A program made the translations under genes and the position numbers. The notes beneath the pieces were generated by a model. The model saw nothing but the letters and a program-made list of their open reading frames with translations. It made no database searches and was not told the DNA's origin. From a virus, in IMG/VR virus record IMGVR_UViG_3300043446_003702, positions 32,001 to 96,000 of that record: a stretch of 64,000 nt of DNA. The stretch is one strand, 5' to 3'. Within the stretch, counting starts at the first letter, position 1. Each line of letters begins with the position of its first letter. Shown in pieces: positions 36,133 to 47,700 of this stretch.

Positions 36133-37917
36133 TTATTTGATCGTTACAATCGCTTCGATCGTTCCCAGTTCAGGTGTGTGTTTGTTTTCTAGTGAACGCC
36201 CAATCACATTAAATGCTGTGGCTTCTCCAGGCTTGGCTGCTCTTGCAACACCTTTGCCAGCACTGACCAATCTGTCACCTTTGTGAACTGCGCCCACACA
36301 TTTTACAGGAACTCGACCTGTCATTGCAACAGCTGGATGGGTGTCGTCTTCCCCTGCTCCACCGTTCATTGTATAGGCTGGTCTTGTACTTATAACGCCA
36401 AATACATTGTCGCTTAAATCTTGAGTTGATCTGGTAATTTCTTTGGTACCACCTAATTCTACCACTGTACCTGGTTCTAACAGTTCATCTGCGGCAAAAC
36501 GTTCTGCAACGTCAGCGTAGAGTGCAGTGGTAGCAGTGGCAAACACACGGTTGAAATAATTAGAACTTGAGCCAATATTGCCTGAGGCATTTGGACCATA
36601 TTTGTCTATGGTATTCACACTTATGTTGGCGTACAATGTTGAGGAGTCAATGACCACAACATTACTGGTACCACCCACATTGAAGTTAATATTGCCATCA
36701 GGCACGCCAATGTTGCCTTGTGTGTTCCCATTCACAAACTTGGTTACACTGACAGCAGCACTGACCCCAGTGAGTTGTGATCCGTTGCCAATAAAATACT
36801 TGGTACCAATGTCCACATTGCCTTGTCCAGTGATGTTACCAGTTACCGATATCAATCCACTTGTGCGCAGATTACCTGCTTGTACATTGGCTGTGGCGCT
36901 GACTGTGGTTGCGGCCACCAACACAGTGTTGACGTTGCCACCAGTGACGTTGCCTGTGGCTGAAACCAAACCTGCTGTCAACAGGTTACCACCTGTGGTG
37001 TTGCCTGTGACACTGAGAGTTGTGCCCACTGTGGCAGCATTGCTGATGGCAAAGTTGCCAGATGCACCAAGAGCTCTGGCCACGTTGTACAGAGTTCCGC
37101 CAACATTGGCTTGAATTACTAGGTTGCCGTTTGACACTGTGCTCAATACATTTGCATCTGTGCTTGTGGTATTGACGCTGAATACATTGCTTACGCCTAC
37201 AAACATGCCAGTATTGTTTTGAACACGTAAAGTGCCTGTAGTGGCTGTGTTAGTATCTGAACGCATAAATTGGCTGCTGTCCAAGCTGTCTAACAACTGC
37301 GCATTGGTGGCTGACCCAGCAAACACCGCACCCGACACACTTGCGCTCAACGTGACGCCAGGGTAGATGGTTGGGAAAGCAGTGACCAGTGCTGCTTCAG
37401 GTGTGAAACTGGCACCATCATAAATTATAGCCACTCGCACATTGTTCACATACAAACTGGTAATATAGCGAGTTGCACCAACATTGTTTAAAATAGTTTC
37501 TGGAATAGCACCAGAAGTACCTTGAGCACTTGAATAACCTGGTCCAACCACTAAAAATGTTGAGCCAGTATACACTTTCAACTGTTGATTTGTGGTATCG
37601 TACCACAAATCGCCTGTGACGTTGCTACTGGGTGCGCTGGCAGAACTTGTGGCAGCACTGATTGTTTTAAAAATGGTGCCGTTGTAAACCTTGAGTAAAT
37701 TGTTGGTTTTATCCCACCACAATTGGCCTGTCAGAGGCGAAGCTGGAGCTGTGGTGTTTGAACCACTTTCCAATAAATGTATGAAGTTTTCGTCCAAAAA
37801 TTCACCGTAGCCGGCGTAGTTCTTACCCACCAAGATCATTGAACTTGATGTATTAATGGTACCATCAGCAATGGTAGCAAAAACTGTGCCGTCTGTGAGA
37901 TTGATTGTATATGCCAT
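36133..37917 (-). CDS. Tail fibre with a C-terminal peptidase G2-type intramolecular chaperone
   Basis: N-terminal LVGKNYAGYGE..ENF..LLE and GQLWWD; GNVTGGN repeats; C-terminal YADVAE...EPGTVV...GVIS..P...GRVPVK...KGD.LV. Confidence 0.75.
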   Translation of the reverse strand: MAYTINLTDGTVFATIADGTINTSSSMILVGKNYAGYGEFLDENFIHLLESGSNTTAPASPLTGQLWWDKTNNLLKVYNGTIFKTISAATSSASAPSSNVTGDLWYDTTNQQLKVYTGSTFLVVGPGYSSAQGTSGAIPETILNNVGATRYITSLYVNNVRVAIIYDGASFTPEAALVTAFPTIYPGVTLSASVSGAVFAGSATNAQLLDSLDSSQFMRSDTNTATTGTLRVQNNTGMFVGVSNVFSVNTTSTDANVLSTVSNGNLVIQANVGGTLYNVARALGASGNFAISNAATVGTTLSVTGNTTGGNLLTAGLVSATGNVTGGNVNTVLVAATTVSATANVQAGNLRTSGLISVTGNITGQGNVDIGTKYFIGNGSQLTGVSAAVSVTKFVNGNTQGNIGVPDGNINFNVGGTSNVVVIDSSTLYANISVNTIDKYGPNASGNIGSSSNYFNRVFATATTALYADVAERFAADELLEPGTVVELGGTKEITRSTQDLSDNVFGVISTRPAYTMNGGAGEDDTHPAVAMTGRVPVKCVGAVHKGDRLVSAGKGVARAAKPGEATAFNVIGRSLENKHTPELGTIEAIVTIK

Positions 37918-37938
37918 GTCAAAAGTTCCTAGTTGCTA

Positions 37939-37946
37939 TATTTATA
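37939..37946 (-). promoter_or_regulatory. T4-like late promoter TATAAATA
   Basis: Exact TATAAATA overlapping the upstream stop codon, ahead of the tail fibre gene. Confidence 0.6.
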
Positions 37947-38550
37947 CAGCATTTATGTTGCTCAGCGTCTGTATACGCAGGGTATAATCAATTTGAATCT
38001 GTCGATTCAAACTTTTTTGTACAGGGTGAAAAATCACATGGGTAATCAAGCGTAGATTATCTACAGATCCGTTCCATGTTTTTAAGCCAAGTTCATCAAA
38101 CACAAATTCACCACTGAAATTTGTTGAATTGTCAAATGCTTGCTGTTCTGGTGGTTCACCGTAGTCCAACAAGCAACTCACAAGAATATCGCTGTAAACG
38201 TTGCCGCTGGTGTGTAGCGGGGTCATTTTGTTGTTTTCAGGGTCTGTGTCCGCTGCTGAATTATCGTTTACAACTTTGGAATAAGTTTGATTGTACAAGT
38301 CAGCATTTTGTCCTATGGTGTTTGGTGGCAAATAAGTGATCACTCCAGTAGGATCTACTGAACTGCCGCCATTACCAAAGGCCATTTCATATATGTAACC
38401 GGTGTTGCGATCGCTCAAGGTTTGAGCCATGGCCAAACTGATGTTTTCGTAGTGGATTGCGTTCTTTTTGTCCACCAACACTTCGCCAGTGTTAGGATCG
38501 TGTATCTTGACAAATCCTTCAATTTTGCACAGTCCGGGCTGTATTGTCAT
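37942..38550 (-). CDS. Baseplate or tail-fibre attachment structural protein
   Basis: MAFGNGG, FDELGL and THVIFHPVQKSLNRQIQIDYTLRI, typical of tail-collar-like N-terminal domains. Confidence 0.6.
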   Translation of the reverse strand: MTIQPGLCKIEGFVKIHDPNTGEVLVDKKNAIHYENISLAMAQTLSDRNTGYIYEMAFGNGGSSVDPTGVITYLPPNTIGQNADLYNQTYSKVVNDNSAADTDPENNKMTPLHTSGNVYSDILVSCLLDYGEPPEQQAFDNSTNFSGEFVFDELGLKTWNGSVDNLRLITHVIFHPVQKSLNRQIQIDYTLRIQTLSNINAV

Positions 38551-38696
38551 GCTCTGCCCTCCACATAAGTTTTTTGGGTTTTGGGGTCAAAAATCCTCAT
38601 GTGTGCCTGCACACTGATAGTGCCTGTTTCATTTGGGCGGCGCGGCACAGGCTGTTGCGCCTGCGGTTTTTTTTGATCTTGTGGTATATTTGCCAT
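38547..38696 (-). CDS. 49-aa protein MANIPQDQKKPQ...RRPNETGTISVQAHMRIFDPKTQKTYVEGRA
   Basis: Read by hand; ATGA-coupled to the next gene; preceded by TAAATA at 38704-38709. Confidence 0.65.
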   Translation of the reverse strand: MANIPQDQKKPQAQQPVPRRPNETGTISVQAHMRIFDPKTQKTYVEGRA

Positions 38697-38715
38697 GGTC
38701 ATTTATTTATCCGTG

Positions 38716-41700
38716 TTATCTGTCACACAAAAACCTTGCGGCTTGGGTATCAGTTTCTTGCAATGCTACACCGTTACTGGCAGAGTTTGTGCCTTGTTGA
38801 TACCAGGTCACACCACGACGTTGCAATATTGTAACTTCACTGCCAGCTGCCGGCGCAGAGTAAGTGCCATCAACAATAAACTCAATAGCCAAGGGATCAA
38901 ATAGCGAAACAATATATCGATATTGGCTATCAGCTGCGGTGTTGCTGTAATTGTACTGACGTATCCCGCCAACATATACTTCAATGCTTTCCACATACAC
39001 AGTGCTTGAATCACCAAAATCAGCAATGTCAATGTTGGGTGCATAGAATACCGCAGTGGTACCATCCCCAATGCCAGTATCCTTGACCACATAATCTTGA
39101 TAAGTGATGTTTAACAAATTACCCCGACCAAAATCATAAACTTCGGCGCCAGCCAAATGACTAGCAGCAGCAGTACCAGCAGTACCACGTTGTAATCCTG
39201 AAATCGTGTTCAGTGCCAGGTCACGATAACGATACATAATACGTTCGCCATCAATTGACACAACTCCAAATACACCCGCGGACAAATCAGGCTCAGATAA
39301 AGCTGCTGCTTGTTCCACATATATAATATCATCGGTGGCACTAAGTGCTTGTGTCAACACTGTGGTTGTGCCGGCAGTCATTCTATATGTGGCTTGTACA
39401 CCGCGCATGTCTTGGAAGATTCGGAAAGCTGCTGATTCGGGCACAATTGAATTTGTAAATTCAGTAACAATCAATGTTTGATTGGCGCCAATTACACCCT
39501 GTGCCAGTATCAAATATTGTCCTTGAATGGTATAATCAATGCCTTCAAACAATCTCATCCCATCCAATGTGACCCACAATCTACTGCCATTAATGTTTTC
39601 CCGCAGCAAGTCAAAATCATTGATGGGGATTGATATTCCTGTTTCTGCAGAAAAATCTCCAGGCAGTGGCTGCAATGGGTTGTTCAATGTAGGACTGTCG
39701 TAGTCAGTAGTGTCATAAGGTTGTGATATTACCACTCCTGTTTCAACTGGACCTTGGAAGGTCAATGTCGCAATATTTTGTTGTGTTGTGTCATTCCAAG
39801 TGATAACTGTGACAACATCATCAAGGTTCAACAGTGACCCAATTTGCAATGTAGAAGAAAATGCTGGGACGGATGCGTTGTAATCAAACAAACATTGGGC
39901 TAATGTGGATACTGCAATCAATATTGTATCGCCACTTTGTGGAGGATTTTCAAACACAACTTGTCGGCCTGGTGTGTTGCTGCCAGTCCAGTTTGTCACA
40001 CTGTACACACCATCTTCGGCACCAAATGCCTGTTTTTGCAACACACCGTTTACGTAGACTTGAACATCGTTGGGAGCATAAATGCTGCTTTGCAAGAAAC
40101 TAGAGCCCATACGTTGCGGCAGACCAAAACTGTTGGTGGTGCCATCCCCGACCCATTCAATACAACTTGGTCCCAGCAGTCGTTGTCCGTTGACCATGAC
40201 AATCATGTTGGCTGGATTGGTTGTAGTTGGTGGGCTCTCTAAAATCACGTTCTGATTGACAAGAATTCCTTGATCAACAATAAATGTTTCAATTACTGGA
40301 GTGCTCCAGCTTTGATAATTTGTAGGCACAAATTTTGCTGTTAATTCGCCAACCCAATTGGCTTGATCATTAATTAATGCAACTTCAGATATGCCATTTT
40401 CCGTGATCGTAATAGAGTCATCAACTATGCTGTGAATTGTATAATTTGTTCCAGTTACGACACCACCTAGACTGTAACCAGAGAATGTCACTGTTTGTCC
40501 AACAGACAAATTAGATGTTGATCCCAATAACACAACAGCATTACCTGAGGCTTCGGTGCCAGACACTACAATACTGGTAGCATTTCCTAGAACTACGACT
40601 GCTATTGCATCAGCTGCCGAAACAGTGGCAGTAATGGCCAGTCTAGTATTAATGGTTGGATTGTATGGCAACCAATAATTGGTATTGGTCAATGTTATTC
40701 CTGCAGGGACTGTTTGTAATGCTCTATAATAATTTCCTTGAGGAGAACCAGTCATTGATCCTGTTGCAGTAGACAACAAAAATGTAGTTGTGCTACCAGC
40801 GATCTCGCTGATGTAAAATTGTGTACTGTTTGCAATATTTTGCACATAGTATGTTTGGCCAGCAACAATGCCACCAAATACCGTGCCTGAAAACACAATA
40901 GGTTGCCCCACTGTCATTGCACTGGTGTTGTTACAAGTTAATACGTTATAGCCGCCAGTAGTGTTTGTAACTGTAATTTGATTATCATTAAAGATAATAT
41001 CCAAGGCCTGATATGTGTTATTCAAGTTCCATGATTGACTTGCGGCGTAAGGACGTAACTGAGGTTCAGCAACTAATTTGCCATTTATAAACACGTATGC
41101 CTGTACAATTTCTGCATAATTTACTGGTAGAATTACAATGTTGTCATTTGCCACCACTGTGGCACCATCATAATTTCCTCGGAACAACTGACTACCGCCA
41201 CCAACTTCATAAACATCGATGACAATAATGTCAAAGGCAGATACACTACCTACGTTAACAATGGTTACATATTGTTCGTTCCAGTTTACAGTATAATCAA
41301 TATCTTCAGTCAATACGTGTCCAGTGGTTAAATTAGAAACCACTATGTTGAATGGGTGTTCTACAACACCAGCCCAACTGTAGTCAAATGTAATCCCTGG
41401 CTCAAAAGTATAACGAATTGCACCAATTTGAAAACCGTGCCCATTAGAAGTCCAGTCAGCCCCTGGACGTGTGTACACACGTAAGTCCATGGTATCATAT
41501 TCAGCACCATTGATCAACTCTTCAGGCGCATGTCCTTCGTATGGTCCAATAAACTCACCGCCGTCAATATTGATGTCTGACGGACGTGTGCCAAGATAAA
41601 TGTCTGCAAATTCACTTTGGTAATTGGCATCTAATACTTGTGTACCAGTAAAATATTCGCCCCAAACTTGAACTCCTGGATAATCTACTCCGTCTACCAG

Positions 41701-44700
41701 CAGTGGTAATTCTAGACCAAATTCATTAGAGTTGGGCACATACAATCCCATAGTACGGTCAACACCAGTTAGGCCAGTGGCTTGTGTGCTGCCTGGATAG
41801 GTATATGTGGCTGGATTTACCAGGTTCCAATTTTCTAAATCAAATGTTGGGCCAACCACTGATGAACTGCCGTCAGCATTTTGCGCTGACCATACACGAT
41901 CATTGTAACGAACCAATGTTCCATTTTCGTAAGTGCCATCACTACTCCAAGTCTGAATCGTAGTTTGATATTGGAAGCGATCATATCTAATCACTGTACG
42001 AAATTGTCGTATCAACTCGTTGGTCATACGAGGATACGCCACAGCACCTGACCCATTACCGCCGTTAAACACAATAGTGGGTGTTGAACGATATCCAGCA
42101 CCGTTGGCAGTGACATTCACGCCAACTACTTGTCCTACGCTATTCAATACTGCTGTGGCTTGTGCTGCAACAGTTGGAGCAGGATCATTGGGGTTGGGAG
42201 TTATTTCAACTATAGGTGGCTCTGTGTATCCTGACCCAGTTTCAATTAATTCAATAGAATCAAGACTTAACAAATAATTATTAAACCATTGACTGTATGG
42301 CCAAGAGCTCCACACTGTGGAATTAGCTGGTAAGTCACTTAAATTGTTAGTTTCAGAATTAAAAGCAGTGCTGTGATCATATGGCAATAGTATTGGGCTA
42401 GTGAATCCAGGCACTGTCAAACTTGTGTTAAAATACGCTGGCAAGTCAAAGTCAGTCATATCTCCAAACCACTGATCAAAACCATTGTATCGCAAGTTGA
42501 ACTCGCGAATTTGCACATGATAGGGTTTAACTTCTTGAATATAATCTAACACAAATTCTTGGTTGTCTCGACTGTAGTTTTGAAATTCAGTCAAGCTACG
42601 AATTCTGTGTTCTACATCTATTAGAGAAGTCTTGATAAGCCATTCGGGTGCAGCAAATTCACTTAGTACAAAATTAAACATCAAAGTTAATTGGCGATTA
42701 CGTTCAATTGCTAAATTGTCAATAAACAATTCTTCATTGATGGCCTGTATAATCTTTCGTGTTTCAATTACTGGTTCTTGATCATAATACTGTGCGTCAA
42801 AAACTTCAAGGTCAAAGCCAAACCGTCCCAGTGCATAATCCCATAATTCTGCAGCAAACTCAATTGTGCCGTTTTGCAAACCCACACGATCAAATCCTGT
42901 GGCGCCTCGCAGGTAAATTTCAAAATTGCCCTGGCTGTTGGCACTGACTTTGACACTGCTGCCTACGGGAACATCCAATGTGTTTAGTCCGGAAACATTT
43001 GGAACTTCTGCAATAATTTTGCTGCTGCTGTTATATCCTGGTAGATACCAATTGACATAGTTCCAGTATTGCTTGGTATCGTAGTTTTGTACTTGAATCA
43101 GCTGCAATAATCTCACAGTACCATCAATGGTGACTTTTTCTTCAACAGTATAAATGGTCCATAATCCTCGATTGCTGGAATCGCTGACCACTAGATAATT
43201 GTATCCCAGTGGCACTGCATAGAGATTTTGGAATCCTAATATCTCTAAATTAGCTACACGTTTGTTCCATTTTCCAGATCCTGCATTTGGTTCAGGTTCG
43301 CTGCTGTTTAACAATACAAATTGTCTGCTTTCCGCTATAGGATACAGTGCCAACACTGAGTTGGCTCGTGTTAGGTAATTTTTCAATGCAGCGAATCTGT
43401 CCACAAACATGCTTTGGCGTGGCCGGAACTGTACCCCATAGCGTTCTGCTGGACTAAGATTTATATCTGGCACCAAATTGCCATTTGTATCAACTCCACA
43501 AAAACTGTCTTGCATCTTGCGATACAAATTACTGCTGATAAATGAATCTTCACGGTCTTGAGCAACTAATTCGTATTCAACGTGTACATTGTCATCTGTA
43601 AGCTGTTTGTCAAATTCGATACTGAGAATAGTATCTTGTGCTTGGATATAATCACCAGCATTGTACAGCGCAATTGTGCTGGCATTGATGGGTGCAATGT
43701 ATGTTATGCCTGAGGCACGGGGGTTTTCAATGTAGTTGGCCACTGTGCTCACTGGCAGAGTTTTTCCTTTTTGTGTAGCAGTGGCAGTGATGCCACGAAC
43801 CCAAAAATAGTATTCAGTGTTGAAAATGCCTTGCGGACTCAACACAGTATTGATCACGTAGCTCAGTGTGGTCAAAGGTATACCTGGGCCTGTGTAAGTG
43901 GCAGGAGGTGTGGCACTGACTATCCATTGATAAACATCTACGCTACTGCCAGGGAATGTTTGTCCCCAACGTCGACTCGCATATACAATGTCATCTTGAT
44001 TGGGGTCAATGAATCTCACTGTACTGGTATTCCACCATACTTGCCCAACCTGTGTTTGTCCCCATGTTGTGCCACGAATACCAACTGGACCAACATTGTA
44101 GCTGGCAGGATCTACTGCACCAATAAAGTCTATGTTTTGACGTGCAGCTCCAAGAATTTTACCTTGCAGTGGATTGAAGAAATCAAAGTATTGAGTAACT
44201 GATGAAGTTACCCGATCGTAACTGTACACTGAGTTTAGAAGTCTAATATCTACAACCGGTTGTTGTACTCGCAACACTGTCCATGCAGGTGTAAGGTCAG
44301 GATTGACGCTGACAAACACTCGACCATAGTTGGCCAACATGGTACTGTCTTCTAGTTCATTACCTGGTGCGCCAGTAAACAATACTCCGTCAGTGTAGTC
44401 AACTGCAACACCATATTGATCTTGTGTTTGAACATTTGGATTGTCGATTTGCTGACCAAACACAAACTTATCAGGGTTGGTAATTGATGAACTAGAACTT
44501 GGCAATAGATCATATGTATAAACTGATCCACTTTGAATTACTTGATCAAAAAAGTCAGTGGCTCCTTCGTCAAAGTCTGTGGCATTCAAATCAAACATTG
44601 TGATTAGGTACAGTGTACCACGCGGCGCACCAACCACTAAATTCACAGCCGAATCATCAATGCTGACACTGGTACCAAATCCAGCAAAGTCCACAGGGTA

Positions 44701-47700
44701 AGGACTTACAATGGTTTGAGTAAACCTGTAAGTGGTAAAATCAATGTCATAAAAAGCTGTTCCTACACTGCCGGGCAATACAGAAAGTTTGGCCCCAACG
44801 GGTGCTGCGGCAGAATTTTTTACAGAAATGGTTAGATAGTTTTGGTCATCCACAGATGCTGTTACATTGGGCACGTCAATGTTGATCTGTGCTGCTAGAG
44901 CACGATAATCCACTGATGCCAACACAGTGGTTGTGTCAACCACACGCCAGTAACTTGTATTGGTCAACGCAGTGCCAGCCGGCACACTTTGCAAGCTGGC
45001 GTATATGGTTGTAACAGAAGTCAAGGTGGCGTAAACCACAGTATTGACAGGATAGGCAATGGTACTGCTCCATGCACTGGGTACTGTCACATCTTGATTG
45101 TTTACTCGCAGGGTGTCGCCATTGTCTAGGTCTGCTCCAGGATTGCCAGATTGTGTGATTCCGTATGTCAAACTTTGATTGACCAATCGCTCCACTGCAC
45201 CAGCTTTGAATTGCTGCACACTGCTGTTGGGTACGCCCACATACAGACTGCAATTGTAACTGCACAAGTCGGTGGCATAGCCATAACTTGAAAACTCTTC
45301 AACTGTGCTTTGATTTACAGCTTGTACCAATTGGAAGTCATTGGTTTCAATTTCAATAATGTCACCTATCTGCAGGTCAGCAAAAATAGTGATAGTGTTG
45401 CCATTTACGGCAAATGTGTTGCTTTGATTAGGAGTTGCTGATTTTTCATTGACCAAGAATGTACCATTCACCAATACACCCACTGGTTCAGACACTGAGC
45501 CTAGCACTGTGAATGTTACACTTGATGCATCAGTGCCGTAGATAAAGCGTTGCACATTTCTATCATATACATACACGGTGCCTGCTTGCGATTTACCATT
45601 GACTGTTTTGTTGGGTGCGCCAATCAACACTTGACGTCCATCTGTACTGGTGCTGACTGAGTAGCCAAAGTTATCTCCTGCCGCACTGCCAGCATTGGTG
45701 ATTGCACCAGCATACTGGAAGTATCCTTCAGCACGCACTAGAATACTTGACCCGGCTGGTGGAGAATTTAAAAATGTCAAGTCATTGCCCAAGGTGCTGT
45801 CGCCACTGAAGATGTAGTCAATTTCGGGCCGTTGTAGTACATCGTCAACTATTACACTGAAGCTGTAGAGATTATCTACCGTGTAGAAGTATTCATTTAG
45901 TGAAAATGACACTGTCAGTGGCGGCGGAGTGTAACTTGGTGTGCCGTTGATGGCTATAATGACTCCACTGTTTGCTGTAACGATAAATGTGATGTCATTG
46001 GTTGGGCTTGAGCCCCCATCAAAACTTGCTGCTGGAATTGTTATGGTGTTGCCAGTGGTATATCCTGTGCCGCCATTTTCCACACTCACGGTCACTGTGC
46101 CTCGAATTCTTGTTACCACAAAAGTTGCATTGGAACCTGTACCGCCAGTGCCTGCTAGTCCGTAGTAGACTTGATAGTCTAGCAGTTTACGACTGGTTCT
46201 AATGATTTCAATTGCATCCCCTGCCGCAGGTGCTGTGGCAAACTCTACCATGGTAAATGAATTGACCACTGTGTAGTCTATGCCAAGGATTTGTTCGTCG
46301 CCGGCCACACTCACCGTAAGCTGCGTATCAGCGTCAATTTTAATATCTGCGCCAATGGCATAAGAAGTCGTTACGCCATCACCCAATGCTTGCACACGCT
46401 GTGTTTCCCAATCAACTCGTCCGTATGCGTACACAGCATTGGCACCTGGTGCACCAACGTACAACCAACGTTCGTCAAGACTTACTGCTACACTCTGTCC
46501 AAATTTTTCTGGGGCAGTTATTGAATTTGGTGATGTAAGCAGTTGCCATTGTCCATAAGGTATGTTGCCAGGTGCGGCCAATTGTGGGTCTTTAAAGATA
46601 ACCACAGCATAGCCGTTGTTGGGTATGCCATCTGCGCCCAAGCTGCCCGGTGCACCAGCGGCTGCCCAGGTTTGATTGCCAAAATCCACGCTGGTACCAT
46701 ATTCTCTTGCTGCTGATTGGCCATTATATGGACCGCCGCTCTTGTCAGTGATAGTCAGACTCAGGACTGAGTCAGCAGGAGCCAATGGACTGGCTGGCGT
46801 ATAATTATTATTGTCACTCTTCACATATACATACACACCGCCACGGCGGGGCAAACTATTCAACGAGTACGGGGTCCAATATGCAGTATTGTAGATGCTG
46901 ACACCTTGTGGCACTGGTGCAGGTGTTCCGCCAACATTGGCAATGTAAAATTCAGTTTGATAAGGATCAGAAACATATACAATAGCATCTTCTGCGTATG
47001 CATTAGCAATGTTCCATTGTGTAGCGCCTACTGGGAATCGATATCGTGGGCTACCAACCAAAGCAGCAAAGCGATTTTGAGCTTGCGTTACACTGCTGCC
47101 GTACTGCTCACCTTCGTCTACTTGACCTGGGGCAAGGCTCAATAATTCAGTGAATACTTCTTGCTTTTCCAGCACGGTCCATAAGTCACTGCCATTGTTG
47201 TCAACCCAAACTCTAGCGCCAGGTTCAATAGTGTTGGCATAAGGCAAATTTAAAATATCGCTGGCTTGAGATACTCGTTGAGTTTTCAATGTGAAACCAA
47301 GACCTGTGCCATTGACTACTGTGCGATCGCCTGTAAAACTAAAAGCAATGGTGACTGTGTCAAGACTCACTACATTAAGTACTGTGTATACACCGTTTAC
47401 TTCTGAGTCAAAAAATCTTATCACTAGTTTGTCGCTTGCAGCAAGGCCATGTTGTTTAGAAAATATAACCAAGCTGGTCCCATCTAGATTGTCACACACA
47501 TGCGCAATTACACCAGGAACAGATTCAGCTCGATAAATTGCCCAATCGTATGCATTGACTTTTGCTACCCAAATAGTTGTGCCAACACCAATGTTGTTGA
47601 TGTTTGCTGCTAAACTATCCGTATTGTCAATATCAAAAACTGTGATGTTGACATCATTAAAATTCACATAACCTGCTGTAGGTAACGCAATGTCTGTGGG

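Noticed and set aside
36578-37114. Long antisense ORFs (also 8494-8922, 14819-15316, 28348-28875 and many shorter ones)
   Set aside because: They are shadows of well-supported genes on the opposite strand and have no motifs of their own.
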